Part shown: one piece after another, positions 9,507 through 20,275 of the stretch | How positions within the stretch are numbered: the stretch's first letter is position 1 | Layout of the letters: each line of letters opens with the position of its first letter | NCBI GenBank assembly: GCA_027592035.1 | Contig: JAQCIK010000004.1 | Coordinates: 46,509 to 110,508, forward strand | DNA: 64,000 nt | Direction: 5' to 3' | Source of the DNA: Actinomycetota bacterium | GTDB taxonomy: Bacteria > Actinomycetota > Acidimicrobiia > Acidimicrobiales > Ilumatobacteraceae | Made by a program: the position numbers and the translations under genes | Notes under the pieces: model-generated | Told to the model about the DNA's origin: nothing | Seen by the model: the letters and a program-made list of their open reading frames with translations, nothing else | Database searches by the model: none

Positions 9507-9992
9507 TCAGTGCTGGTGGCGAGTGATGGCAGCCGTGATCTCGGCCTCGGCAGCCGCAGCGTCGGCCCAGGCGCCGACGGTCGACTCCTTGCCCGGTTCG
9601 ATCAGCTTGTAGACCTCGAAGAAGTTGGCGATCTCAGCGAGCAGGAAATCAGGGGCGTCGCCGAGGTCGCGGTAGTGCTCGTAGCGAGCGTCGCGTGACG
9701 GAACGCAGAGAACCTTGGCATCGGGACCCTTTTCATCGCGCATCCAGAACACCCCGATCGGGCGGGCCCACACGTGACAACCGGGGAAGGTGGCCTGGGG
9801 GAGAAGGATCAGGGCGTCGAGAGGGTCGCCGTCCTCGCCGAGCGTGTTCGGAAAGAATCCGTAATCGAGGGGATACTGGGTCGCGGTGAACAAGGTTCGG
9901 TCGAGCCAGATCTCTCCCGTCTCATGATCCATCTCGTACTTGTTCCGGGATCCCTGAGGGATCTCCACGATCATCTCGATTTCCACTGTCAC
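9507..9992 (-). CDS. ppa: Inorganic pyrophosphatase
   Basis: VTVEIEMIVEIPQGSRNKYEMDHETGEIWLDRTLFTATQYPLDYGFFPNTLGEDGDPLDALILL matches family I PPase. GTG start at 9992 inferred by alignment from memory to the mycobacterial Ppa N-terminus. The track ORF to 10607 is an over-extension. Confidence 0.9.
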   Translation of the reverse strand: MTVEIEMIVEIPQGSRNKYEMDHETGEIWLDRTLFTATQYPLDYGFFPNTLGEDGDPLDALILLPQATFPGCHVWARPIGVFWMRDEKGPDAKVLCVPSRDARYEHYRDLGDAPDFLLAEIANFFEVYKLIEPGKESTVGAWADAAAAEAEITAAITRHQH

Positions 9993-10615
9993 CTCACCTC
10001 CGAGTTCGTCGACGAGGTCGACGTGCGTCGAGCCCTCACGATCACGGCGATCAGTGCGATGGCGATGAGGACGACGGCTCCGTACTGGATGTAGTCCCCC
10101 CAACTTCCGGCCTTCTTCCACTGGTCGCCGAGTCCCCACCCGACAGCGATCCAGATCGCGTTCCAGACCAACGAGCCGAGAGCGGTCAGTACGGAGAAAC
10201 GAACGAGAGGCATCTTCTCGGCGCCGGCTGGGATCGACACCACCGACCGAACGACGGGAATCAAGCGTCCGAACAGAACCACGGCCGAGCCATGTCGCTC
10301 GAACCATTGGAAACCCTTGTGCACGTCGGACTTCTTCAACCCGACGATCCGACCGACTCCAGCGAGGAATGCTTCGAGTCTCTCCTCGCTCAGGAGTCGT
10401 CCGATGCCGTACAAGAAATAGGCGCCGACGACCGATCCGATGGTTGCGAAGACCACCGCTCCCACGTAGCCGAATCGGGTCTCGCTCACGTTGAAACCCG
10501 TCAGAAGAAGTACGAGCTCCGAGGGAATGGGTGGGAAGACGTTCTCGAGAGCGACGAGGGCAGCGACTCCGAGAAGGCCGATCGCATCGATGAAGTCCGC
10601 GGCCCAATCGATCAC
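9989..10615 (-). CDS. DedA family membrane protein
   Basis: LENVFPPIPSELVLLLTGF...GRLIPVVRSVVSIPAGA are DedA/SNARE-associated motifs, with several TM segments. GTGA overlap with the ppa start. Confidence 0.85.
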   Translation of the reverse strand: MIDWAADFIDAIGLLGVAALVALENVFPPIPSELVLLLTGFNVSETRFGYVGAVVFATIGSVVGAYFLYGIGRLLSEERLEAFLAGVGRIVGLKKSDVHKGFQWFERHGSAVVLFGRLIPVVRSVVSIPAGAEKMPLVRFSVLTALGSLVWNAIWIAVGWGLGDQWKKAGSWGDYIQYGAVVLIAIALIAVIVRARRTSTSSTNSEVR

Positions 10616-10642
10616 TCGCCCGAGCCTAGACGTGGAGGTGCG

Positions 10643-11575
10643 TCAGTAGGTGTTCACGGTCGAGCGGAACTTGTTCATGAGATGCGGACCGGCTTCGATC
10701 GGCGCGTAGTTCGCGCCGTTGCCGCGACACGGTTCGAGACACTCGATCACTGCGTCCCAGTTGGCGTTGTGGAAGAAAGCGATCGATTGTCGACGGTGCG
10801 CTGGAACCTGCACTCGGTGCATTGTCGACCGCCAGAGATCGTTCGTCCATCGCTCCATGGCATCGCCGAGGTTCACGACGAGAGCACCGGGTGGCGCCAT
10901 GACGGGAATCCACGAGCCGTCCAGTTCTTGTACTTCCAATCCTGGCTCGATCGGGTCGACTTCCAGGATGGTCAGGGTGCCGTAGTCGGTGTGTGCGCTC
11001 GCTCCGAGTTCTTCCGACTGATTCGTGAATTCGTCGCGACCTGGATAGTCGAGTGCTCTCATGGCGCTCGTGTGTCGATCGATCAAGGCATCGAAGTGTC
11101 GTTCGTCGAGTTCGAGTGAGTCGGCCATGAGGGCGAGAAGTCGAGCGGCCAGGTCGCTCATGGCACGGTAGCGAGCCGACCACGTCTGTCGTAGCGACGA
11201 TGGTGACTCGGGCCAGAGATTCGGTGACCATGCGAATTCTTCGTCGGCGTCGGCGAAACGATGGGTCGGGGGATCGACCGGTCCGATCGCCAGACTTTGT
11301 TTGCGGTCGGGTCGAGCGGCCTGACCCTGAGACCGAGCCAGCGTCTCGCCTCGGATGGGCGAATAACCGTATGGATAGCCCGGGGTCGGCATGGCGACTC
11401 GCATCTTGGTTTCGAGGGGCTGGTCGAAGAAGCGACGGGCGTCTGACCACGCGGCTTCGAGAAGGTCGAGGTCGACGCCGTGGCCGACGATCGACAGAAA
11501 CCCGTATTCCTCACACGCGCGCGCCACGAGGTGGGCCGCACCCGGAGTCGAAATGTCGACGATCGGGATGCTCAT
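10643..11575 (-). CDS. 2-oxoglutarate/Fe(II)-dependent oxygenase (isopenicillin N synthase-like family)
   Basis: MSIPIVDIS...YGFLSIVGHGV...SAHTDYGTLTIL...MHRV, an HxD...H facial triad. ATGA overlap with the upstream SDR stop. Confidence 0.8.
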   Translation of the reverse strand: MSIPIVDISTPGAAHLVARACEEYGFLSIVGHGVDLDLLEAAWSDARRFFDQPLETKMRVAMPTPGYPYGYSPIRGETLARSQGQAARPDRKQSLAIGPVDPPTHRFADADEEFAWSPNLWPESPSSLRQTWSARYRAMSDLAARLLALMADSLELDERHFDALIDRHTSAMRALDYPGRDEFTNQSEELGASAHTDYGTLTILEVDPIEPGLEVQELDGSWIPVMAPPGALVVNLGDAMERWTNDLWRSTMHRVQVPAHRRQSIAFFHNANWDAVIECLEPCRGNGANYAPIEAGPHLMNKFRSTVNTY

Positions 11576-12357
11576 GAACGAGGTCCGAGGTCGGGGGCCC
11601 ACGCCGAACCATTGACATGGCTCCCGCCGTCGACGAACAGCGTGTTCCCCGTCAGATATCGGCAGTCATCCGAGGCGAGAAACGAGACCACAGGAGCGAT
11701 GTCGAGATAGGGGTCACCGATTCGACCCATGGGGTTGCCCATGTCGGCTGCCGCCTCCAACTCGGGATGTTGACCCATGACCCGACGAAAGGCCGCACTC
11801 TTGGCGGCCGGACAGACGGCATTCACCACGATCCCGGTGTCGGCCCACTCGCGGGCGGCCGTGCGGGTGAGGGTACGGACTGACTCCTTGCCGACGTTGT
11901 ACTCGAGAGTTCCCATGTGTGCATTCACACCGTTCAGAGAGCACATGTTGATCACACGTCCCCAACCATTGCCGGACATGTGCGGAAAGCATTCGCGCAT
12001 GGCCCAGAAGGCCGCGAAGAATGCCATGTCGAGACCGTGTCGAAGGAGTTCGTTCGACTTGTTCTCGACACGACCCATGGCGCCGCCACCCCAGGCGTTG
12101 TTGACCAACACGTCGACACCTCCGTAGGTGGAACGTGTCGTCTCGACCATCCGACGGACGTCGTCCTCGAGAGTGACGTCGGCTTGACAGAACGTGGCCT
12201 GTCCTCCGTGAGCCTCCGCGCTCCGAGCGCCGGCCTCGGCGTCGATGTCGACCGACATCACGAGAAGTCCGTCTTCGACGAGACGCCGCACGACGGCGGC
12301 TCCGATTCCATCGGCGCCACCCGTCACGAGGGCGACGCGCCGGGTGGTCGACGTCAT
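11572..12357 (-). CDS. Short-chain dehydrogenase/reductase (SDR)
   Basis: VALVTGGADGIGAAVVRRL (TGxxxGxG), NNAW, YNVGK (YxxxK). Confidence 0.85.
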   Translation of the reverse strand: MTSTTRRVALVTGGADGIGAAVVRRLVEDGLLVMSVDIDAEAGARSAEAHGGQATFCQADVTLEDDVRRMVETTRSTYGGVDVLVNNAWGGGAMGRVENKSNELLRHGLDMAFFAAFWAMRECFPHMSGNGWGRVINMCSLNGVNAHMGTLEYNVGKESVRTLTRTAAREWADTGIVVNAVCPAAKSAAFRRVMGQHPELEAAADMGNPMGRIGDPYLDIAPVVSFLASDDCRYLTGNTLFVDGGSHVNGSAWAPDLGPRS

Positions 12358-12358
12358 G

Positions 12359-12847
12359 TCAGGCGAGAGCGGATTCGATCGCCGCGACGAGAGCGGGATC
12401 TTCAGGGGACACCATCGGGCTGAATCGGGCGATCACTGATCCGTCGCGACCCACCAGGAACTTCTCGAAGTTCCACCGGATGTCGCCTGTCGTACCGTCG
12501 GCGTCGGCAGTCCGAGTGAGTTCGTCGTAAATCGGATGGCGACCATCGCCGTTGACGTCGATTTTCTCGGTCATGGGAAAGGTCACCCCGTAATTCGTGG
12601 AGCAAAAAGTGGCGATCTCATCGGGTGAACCAGGTTCTTGCGCGCCGAACTGGTTGCACGGGACGCCCACGACGGAGAATCCACGATCGGCGTACTTCTC
12701 GTGCAATGCCTCGAGGCCGGTGTACTGGGGCGTCAGCCCGCACTTGCTCGCCACGTTGACGACGAGGCAGACCTTGCCCGACGCCATGCTGGAAAGGGAC
12801 GACGACTGACCGTCCAATGTGTTGATCGACTGATCCAGAATGCTCAT
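12359..12847 (-). CDS. Glutathione peroxidase family protein
   Basis: GKVCLVVNVASKCGLTPQY...VVGVPCNQFGAQEPG...IRWNFEKFLV. There is a 1-nt gap to the SDR start. Confidence 0.9.
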   Translation of the reverse strand: MSILDQSINTLDGQSSSLSSMASGKVCLVVNVASKCGLTPQYTGLEALHEKYADRGFSVVGVPCNQFGAQEPGSPDEIATFCSTNYGVTFPMTEKIDVNGDGRHPIYDELTRTADADGTTGDIRWNFEKFLVGRDGSVIARFSPMVSPEDPALVAAIESALA

Positions 12848-12899
12848 GCCGTCATTGTGTCACCAGAACGCTGATGACTCGACACCGCAAGGGTCGCCG

Positions 12900-12971
12900 T
12901 CGGGGAGGGGGGATTTGAACCCCCGACCGCCTGCTCCCAAAGCAGGAACGCTACCACTGCGCCACTCCCCG
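12900..12971 (-). tRNA. tRNA-Pro (anticodon UGG), CCA not encoded
   Basis: Minus strand CGGGGAGTGGCGCAGTGGTAGCGTTCCTGCTTTGGGAGCAGGCGGTCGGGGGTTCAAATCCCCCCTCCCCGA. Cloverleaf with anticodon loop TTTGGGA and T-loop TTCAAAT. Confidence 0.85.
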
Positions 12972-13012
12972 GTCCCTAAGATGCTACCGCGGGGTGCTTT
13001 ACGATCGGAGTC

Positions 13013-14626
13013 GTGATCGTCGTCGTTCTTCTCGTCATCGGATGGGTGGCAACGACGATCGTCCTGGCCGCAATTCTTCGTCGTCGTATCGTCCGACAGC
13101 GTCGGGCGTCCGCCTCGTCACTCCGGGCAGTGCTCGCCACGACGAGCGACACGGCGTTGTTCTTCGATTCCCGTCGGCGCGTCATCGCCGGCAACGAGGC
13201 GCTCACACGTTCCACAGGGCGCGATGGGTCCGGTCGCCTGGTGACCGAGGTACTCGGGCGGGCTGACGGTGCCGTCTCCGGGCCGATACTCGACGAGGTG
13301 ATGACTCGTGCTCTCGCCGGGGAGATCGCCACTGCCGAGTTGTCCGACGACGGTGACGACGGAACCATGCGGATCATCGAAGTCGAAGCGAGACCGGTGT
13401 CGTCGGAATCCGGTGACGGCATGGGATATCTCCGACTCGTCGATGCAACCGAACGGCGCGGATTGGCCATGCGATCGGCTCAGTCCGAACGTATGGAAGC
13501 GTTGGGGGCTCTGGCGGGTGGCCTGGCACACGACTTCAACAACCTGTTGTTCGTCACCCTCGGGAATCTGCAGCTGATGGCCATGAACGACGTTGTGGCG
13601 AACGACGAGAAGTTGTCGAAGTTCGTCGCTCGGTCCATGTCGGCGGTCGAACGAGGTGCCGAGATCACCAAGTCGTTGTTGGCCGTGGCGCGATCGCAGC
13701 CTCTGGAGGAATCCGACGTGGCGGTCAACGATCTCGTGAAAGGGGTCCTGCCACTCATTCGCCAGGCACTCGGGGCCGGACGAACCGTCGAGTTCGAGGT
13801 GAACCCGGACGAACTTCATCTCTTGGTGGACGCCGGCCGTCTGTCGAGTTGTCTGCTCAATCTGGCCTTCAATTCCCGTGACGCAATGGGACCCACGGGA
13901 ACACTTCGGATCTCGGTACGGCACATCGACTCGACCGAGGCACGAGGCGCCGGGATCGAGCCAGCCGACGACGGGCCGGCACCGGAGTTCTTGGCCTTGA
14001 GCGTGTCCGACGATGGGTCGGGGATGCCCGATGACGTGGCAGCGCGCGCGTTCGAACCGTTCTTCACCACCAAGAGAGCCGGCTCGGGCACCGGACTCGG
14101 GTTGGCGACCGTCTACGCATTCGCTCGCCAGTCGGGAGGAACCGCCCGACTCGAGAGCCGGCTCGGTGAGGGAACGACGGTGACCCTCGTTCTTCCGGTG
14201 CACGATCAGTCCTCACCCGAAGTCACGGCAACGACTCATCGACGGGCCGGACGACGGGTCGTGGTGGCTGACGACGAGCAGTCACTCGCCGAGATGGTGG
14301 CCGCATGGTTGATCGACGCCGGAATCGACGCCCGATTCGCGGTCACGCCGAAGACGGCTCTCGAACTCGTCGAGGAATTCCGACCTGACGTTCTCGTGTC
14401 CGATGCCAACTTCGGCGAAGAAGTCGACGGAATCGAATTGGCGAAGTTGGCCACGGCGATCGAGCCCGACCTCGTCGTCGTCTTCATGACCGGCTACAGC
14501 GCAAGTATGCGAACACTGATGGAGTTGGGAGAACGGACTCTCGCCAAACCGTTCTCACGCGACGACCTCTATCAGGCTCTTGCTCCGTATCTCGCCGATG
14601 ACCGAGAAGCTCCCGAGACACGCTGA
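13013..14626 (+). CDS. Hybrid sensor histidine kinase (TM, PAS-like, HisKA, HATPase_c, C-terminal REC)
   Basis: N-terminal TM segment IVVVLLVIGWVATTIVLAAIL. H-box LAHDFNNLL. G-box GSGTGLGLATV. C-terminal receiver RVVVADDEQS...DVLVSDANF...VVVFMTGY. GTG start. Confidence 0.85.
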   Translation: MIVVVLLVIGWVATTIVLAAILRRRIVRQRRASASSLRAVLATTSDTALFFDSRRRVIAGNEALTRSTGRDGSGRLVTEVLGRADGAVSGPILDEVMTRALAGEIATAELSDDGDDGTMRIIEVEARPVSSESGDGMGYLRLVDATERRGLAMRSAQSERMEALGALAGGLAHDFNNLLFVTLGNLQLMAMNDVVANDEKLSKFVARSMSAVERGAEITKSLLAVARSQPLEESDVAVNDLVKGVLPLIRQALGAGRTVEFEVNPDELHLLVDAGRLSSCLLNLAFNSRDAMGPTGTLRISVRHIDSTEARGAGIEPADDGPAPEFLALSVSDDGSGMPDDVAARAFEPFFTTKRAGSGTGLGLATVYAFARQSGGTARLESRLGEGTTVTLVLPVHDQSSPEVTATTHRRAGRRVVVADDEQSLAEMVAAWLIDAGIDARFAVTPKTALELVEEFRPDVLVSDANFGEEVDGIELAKLATAIEPDLVVVFMTGYSASMRTLMELGERTLAKPFSRDDLYQALAPYLADDREAPETR

Positions 14627-15819
14627 TGTCACGAGTCCTGGTGATCGATGACGAGCCGTCGGTGTGTGAGCTGATCGAGTCGGTCGCGGAATCGATCGGT
14701 TTCGAAGCGTTCTCCGCCCGCAACCGCGACGAGATCGAGGTTGCACTCGGAGGTCGGTTCGATCTGGTGGTTCTCGATCTGTCGCTCGGAGACCTCGACG
14801 GCATCGAGATCATGGGGAGGTTGGCCTCGGTTCGAAAAGGGCTTCCCGTCGTGCTCGTGAGCGGTGCCGACACGGCGCTACTCGCCAGTGCGAAGAAGAT
14901 TGCCGAGATGCAGAAGCTTCGGGTGGTCGCCACTTTGGCGAAGCCCTTCGGTATCGACTCCCTGGGGAGTGCGCTCTCGGAAGCGGGTCGCCTCGCACAG
15001 CAGATGGTCGATCCGACCGGTCCGCGGCTGCTCATCGATGATGAACAGCTCTTCGATCCCGAGTTCTTGCAGCTGGCCTATCAGCCGAAGGTTTCCGCAG
15101 TCACGGGAGATGTCATGGGCGTCGAGGCCCTCGTTCGATGGCGACATCCCGAGCGAGGTCCGGTGGTGCCGTCGATGTACGTGGCTCTGGTCGAGGAGCG
15201 CGGCCGGACCGCCGATCTGCTCGACGCCGTGATGTCGATGGCGTCTCACGATCGCTCTCGGCATCGTGGCCTTGCGTCGATGCCGAACGTTTCTCTCAAC
15301 GTGTCGGTTCTCGATCTCGATGACGACGAACTGCCGCGTCGGGCATCGCGAATCCTGACCGCCAGTGCGCCAGCCGAGGGTTGGACGTTCGAGATCACTG
15401 AAACCGCCCCGATTTCCGACATCGCGCCCGCCGTCGCCATTCTCACCCGCTTGCGGCTCGCTGGATTCAAACTGGCGGTCGACGACTTCGGAACCGGCAC
15501 GAGTAATTATGAACGTCTCCTCGTCGCTCCCTTCACCGAACTGAAGATCGACCGGGCGATGGTCGACCGACTCGATCCCGGAGCCGTGGAGCCCGATCCG
15601 ATGGTCACGTCGGGAATCGAGGTCGGCCACTCACTCGACATGACGGTCGTGGCCGAGGGAGTCGAGACCGTGGAGCAGTTCACCCTCCTTCGACGATTGG
15701 GGTGCGACGGAATTCAGGGCTACCTCGTCGGTCGTCCCGTCTCGCCCGACCACTTGGAAGGGGTTCTCGACGAGTGGGCCGATCGTTCGGTCGCCCTCGG
15801 ACTCGTCGACGAGGATTAG
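14626..15819 (+). CDS. Response regulator with EAL domain (c-di-GMP phosphodiesterase type)
   Basis: REC: RVLVIDDEPS...DLVVLDLSLGDLDG. EAL: YQPKV...GVEALVRW...FEITE...DDFGTGTSNY...LKIDR...VAEGVET...GIQGY. TGATG 1-nt overlap with the kinase stop. Confidence 0.85.
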   Translation: MSRVLVIDDEPSVCELIESVAESIGFEAFSARNRDEIEVALGGRFDLVVLDLSLGDLDGIEIMGRLASVRKGLPVVLVSGADTALLASAKKIAEMQKLRVVATLAKPFGIDSLGSALSEAGRLAQQMVDPTGPRLLIDDEQLFDPEFLQLAYQPKVSAVTGDVMGVEALVRWRHPERGPVVPSMYVALVEERGRTADLLDAVMSMASHDRSRHRGLASMPNVSLNVSVLDLDDDELPRRASRILTASAPAEGWTFEITETAPISDIAPAVAILTRLRLAGFKLAVDDFGTGTSNYERLLVAPFTELKIDRAMVDRLDPGAVEPDPMVTSGIEVGHSLDMTVVAEGVETVEQFTLLRRLGCDGIQGYLVGRPVSPDHLEGVLDEWADRSVALGLVDED

Positions 15820-16397
15820 TGCTCGCCGAGAATCCCGCGCAGCGTCGTCTCGACGGTGTGACGAAGAGTTGCACGTGAGTACTGATCGGCGAGGTATAGA
15901 AAAGTCTCGAGACTGAGGGCCATGTCGGCCGCTCGAGCCACGTGGGGCCGGTCGGCGATTTCGGGAGCGAACTGGCGGGCGACTTGCTTGCGCAGGATTT
16001 TCCGACGCAGATCGGAGGCCGTCCGAATGACCTCGGAGCGATGTTCGCGAACCGAACTCGCCGTCATGACGCCGCGCACGGCATCGAAGAGGCGCAGACG
16101 ATGTTCGAGGATGGCGGTCAGTCGCTCGTCGAAGGAACCCGTGTCGTCCAAGCCGTCGTAGAGGTGTTTGACGCGTTCCCACTGGAGCGTCATGGCGGTG
16201 GAATCGAGATTGTCCTTGTCGAGGAAGTAGCGAAAGACCGAGCGCTCCGACACCCCCGCCACTTCGGCGACGCGAGCGGCCGAGGGTTCGATCTCGCCGG
16301 CATCGAACAGAGACAAGAGAGCGAGAACGACGGCCTCTTTGTTGCGTTCACCGCGCAGCCGACGGCCATCGGGTCGGGAATCGGTGACGACGTCCAC
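15816..16397 (-). CDS. TetR family transcriptional regulator
   Basis: ERNKEAVVLALLSLFDAGEIEPSAARVAEVAGVSERSVFRYF is an HTH region. Convergent 4-nt overlap with the EAL gene end. Confidence 0.75.
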   Translation of the reverse strand: MDVVTDSRPDGRRLRGERNKEAVVLALLSLFDAGEIEPSAARVAEVAGVSERSVFRYFLDKDNLDSTAMTLQWERVKHLYDGLDDTGSFDERLTAILEHRLRLFDAVRGVMTASSVREHRSEVIRTASDLRRKILRKQVARQFAPEIADRPHVARAADMALSLETFLYLADQYSRATLRHTVETTLRGILGEH

Positions 16398-16420
16398 GAC
16401 ACGACTCTACGTGGCGTGTC
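16398..16420. promoter_or_regulatory. Inverted repeat abutting the TetR start codon; candidate operator
   Basis: GACACG-N11-CGTGTC, with an overlapping CCACG...CGTGG repeat, immediately upstream of the GTG at 16397. Pattern only. Confidence 0.2.
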
Positions 16421-16454
16421 CGATCGACCGGGGATCGACGTGAGACTGGTCCGG

Positions 16455-16721
16455 TCAGGCGCGACGGGCGGCCTTGGCCAGCCGTTTGGCGGCTCGGCCG
16501 ATGGGCGCGATGTGGCGGCCGTCGAGATCCCCGACCTCGACGCCGTTCGCGAATTGCACGCGGTAGCGAAGCCAGTTGAACCCATTGGCCAGTAGCACCC
16601 GGCCCTCGGTGCCGTTCGGCACGTCGGGTAGATCGACTGTGGAGACGACCATGTCTCGAACTCGCAGGTCGAGTTGATCACTATGAGGCTTCGCAAGGGC
16701 GTGAGGCTTCCACGTCGGCAT
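16455..16721 (-). CDS. Hypothetical small protein (88 aa)
   Basis: The ORF has protein-like composition (MPTWKPHALAKPHSDQLDLRVRDMVVSTVDLPDVPNGTEGRVLLANGFNWLRYRVQF...) and fills an otherwise empty gap. I did not recognise a family. Confidence 0.45.
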   Translation of the reverse strand: MPTWKPHALAKPHSDQLDLRVRDMVVSTVDLPDVPNGTEGRVLLANGFNWLRYRVQFANGVEVGDLDGRHIAPIGRAAKRLAKAARRA

Positions 16722-16785
16722 GGGATCACACTAGGTCGCCGGGCCCCGGGGACGCACGTTTCGCCGCCGGTACACTCAATGCTCT

Positions 16786-18207
16786 GTGAAAACGACATGT
16801 GAAGCCCTCGACGGCAACAAGGTCCGGCTGTCGGTCGAGATCGACGAATCCGACTTCGACCGAGACATCGATGCCGCATTCGCCAAGATCGCCCGAGAAG
16901 TTCGTCTCCCTGGCTTTCGTCAGGGCAAGGCACCCCGACGCGTGCTCGAGGCTCGGATCGGTCTCGAAGCGGCTCGAAGCCAAGCACTGAACGACAGCAT
17001 CCCGTCCTATCTGGCGCGAGCCGTTCGTGAGAACGACGTCGACATCATCGCCACCCCTGACATCGAGATCACCGGCGGACAGGAGACGGGCTCGGTGTCG
17101 TTCACGGCGACGTGTGAAGTTCGTCCGACGGTGTCGGTTCCCGGATATGCCGGTCTTCGCGTCGAGATCGACGTTGTCGAGGTCGCCGATACCGACATCG
17201 ACGAAGTCGTGACGGCCGAACGACGTCGGCTCGGGACGCTGGTCGACGTCGATCGCCCGGCGACCACGGGTGACTTCGTGACCGTGGATCTGGTCGGAAC
17301 CCGCGATGGCGAGCCAGTCGTGGGGTTGGCGGTCGACGACTGGTCGTACGAGATCGGGAAGAACTGGGTGTGCCCCACCTTCGACGAGCAGCTGATCGGA
17401 GCGGTCGCCGGAGCGCAACTCTCGTTCACCGACACTCCGAACGGCACCGAAGAGGCGGCCGATTTCTCGGTGGCAGTGACTGCGGTCCAAGAGCTCTCCC
17501 TGCCGGAAGCCGATGACGCGTGGGTCGCCACCAATGTCGACGGATTCGACACTCTCGACGCCTGGCGCGAGGCGGTGCGGGCCCGCATGAATCAGGCTCG
17601 CTGGGATCAGGTGCGTCAGAACCTGGTCGAAAAGGTCACCGATCAGCTCGCGGAACTGGTGGAGGTGGATCCGCCCGAGTCGATGGTGTCGGCTGATCTC
17701 CAGCGGCGTGTGCAGAACGTGGTCCAGCAGTTCAGTGCGCAGGGTATGAACCTCGAGCAGTGGCTCCAGGCCACCGGTCAGGAAGCGGCCGACTTCGTCG
17801 AGTCCTTCCGTCCGCAGTCGGTGAAGGCGGCCAAGGTCGACTTGGCCCTGCGAGCGGTGGTCGCGGCCGAGGAGTTGTCGGCTTCCGAGGACGACGTCGA
17901 GCGAGAGTTGGTGGGGATCGCCCAACGCACCAACGAAAACGCCATCCGTCAGCAGATGATGTCGGGTTCGAAGAAGAAGCCCCGACTGGTATCGGTCGAT
18001 CAGGTACGGGCCGCCTATGTGGCCAATGACGCATTGGTGGAGTTGGCGGCCGAGATCGGGAAGTCGAAGGCTCTCGATTGGCTCGTTCATCACGTGGAGT
18101 ACGTCGATGCGAGCGGCAACGCTCTCGACTCCGATACGGTCGTGGGACACTCGGAAGCCGATCATCATGACCATGATCACCACGACCACGACGGAGAGTC
18201 TGCATGA
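16786..18207 (+). CDS. tig: Trigger factor
   Basis: [55 protein letters not shown], central PPIase region, position upstream of clpP. Unusual His/Asp-rich C-terminal tail. Confidence 0.9.
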   Translation: MKTTCEALDGNKVRLSVEIDESDFDRDIDAAFAKIAREVRLPGFRQGKAPRRVLEARIGLEAARSQALNDSIPSYLARAVRENDVDIIATPDIEITGGQETGSVSFTATCEVRPTVSVPGYAGLRVEIDVVEVADTDIDEVVTAERRRLGTLVDVDRPATTGDFVTVDLVGTRDGEPVVGLAVDDWSYEIGKNWVCPTFDEQLIGAVAGAQLSFTDTPNGTEEAADFSVAVTAVQELSLPEADDAWVATNVDGFDTLDAWREAVRARMNQARWDQVRQNLVEKVTDQLAELVEVDPPESMVSADLQRRVQNVVQQFSAQGMNLEQWLQATGQEAADFVESFRPQSVKAAKVDLALRAVVAAEELSASEDDVERELVGIAQRTNENAIRQQMMSGSKKKPRLVSVDQVRAAYVANDALVELAAEIGKSKALDWLVHHVEYVDASGNALDSDTVVGHSEADHHDHDHHDHDGESA

Positions 18208-18836
18208 ACCTCGAGGCCTACAACTATTTCGTCCCCACGGTCGTCGAGCAGACCAACCGCGGTGAACGGGCCTACGACCTTTACAGCCGACTGCTGAAGG
18301 AGAACATTCTCTTTCTCGGCACGCCGATCGACGACACGATCGCCAACCTCGTGTGTGCCCAGCTCATCCACCTGGAGAGCGAGAACCCCGACAAGGACAT
18401 CAACATCTACATCAACAGTCCGGGAGGCGACATCACTGCGTTGTTCGCCATCTACGACACGATGCAGTTCATCAAGAACGACATCGCGACCATCTGCCTC
18501 GGCCAGGCGGCGAGTGCAGCGGCCGTCCTTCTGGCCGCCGGCACCAAGGGAAAGCGACTGGCGCTGCCGCACAGCCGAGTCCTGCTCCATCAGCCCTATG
18601 GGCAGGTCGGCTACGGCCAGGTCACCGATCTCGAAATCGCCGCCAAGGAGATCATGCGCATGCGCGATCTCCTGGAGGAGATCCTGGCCAGCCACACCGG
18701 CCAGCCGATCGACCGGATCCACGCCGACACCGACCGTGACTTCGTCATGGAGGCCGACGAGGCATTGGCCTACGGGATCATCGATGACGTGATCTCCTCC
18801 CGTGGCGTGGTCGACCGTACCGGCCCCATTCGCTGA
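18204..18836 (+). CDS. clpP: ATP-dependent Clp protease proteolytic subunit
   Basis: [21 protein letters not shown]...[11 protein letters not shown]...[14 protein letters not shown]...LLHQP. ATGA overlap with the tig stop. Confidence 0.95.
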   Translation: MNLEAYNYFVPTVVEQTNRGERAYDLYSRLLKENILFLGTPIDDTIANLVCAQLIHLESENPDKDINIYINSPGGDITALFAIYDTMQFIKNDIATICLGQAASAAAVLLAAGTKGKRLALPHSRVLLHQPYGQVGYGQVTDLEIAAKEIMRMRDLLEEILASHTGQPIDRIHADTDRDFVMEADEALAYGIIDDVISSRGVVDRTGPIR

Positions 18837-18963
18837 CCAGGGTCTTTGATCGATCCTCTCAAGGTCTTGACACAAATCGCCGACAACGTCGGTTGTCATC
18901 AGTCAGACTGAGACACGCTCATCGAGAGCGCAGTCGAGATCACGAGCGGAGAGGAGGTCGGAC

Positions 18964-20247
<1,284 letters not shown>

Positions 20248-20275
20248 CCAGACCCTGGTTCATGGACATCCACCG

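Noticed and set aside
16726-18189. 487-aa minus-strand ORF
   Set aside because: It is antisense to trigger factor, with L/R/H/D-rich composition and no motifs.
18837-18963. Regulatory hairpin or promoter in the clpP-clpX gap (TTGACA, GACAAC-N4-GTTGTC)
   Set aside because: It has only a 6-bp stem and no convincing -10 element at the proper spacing. That is too weak to report as a feature.
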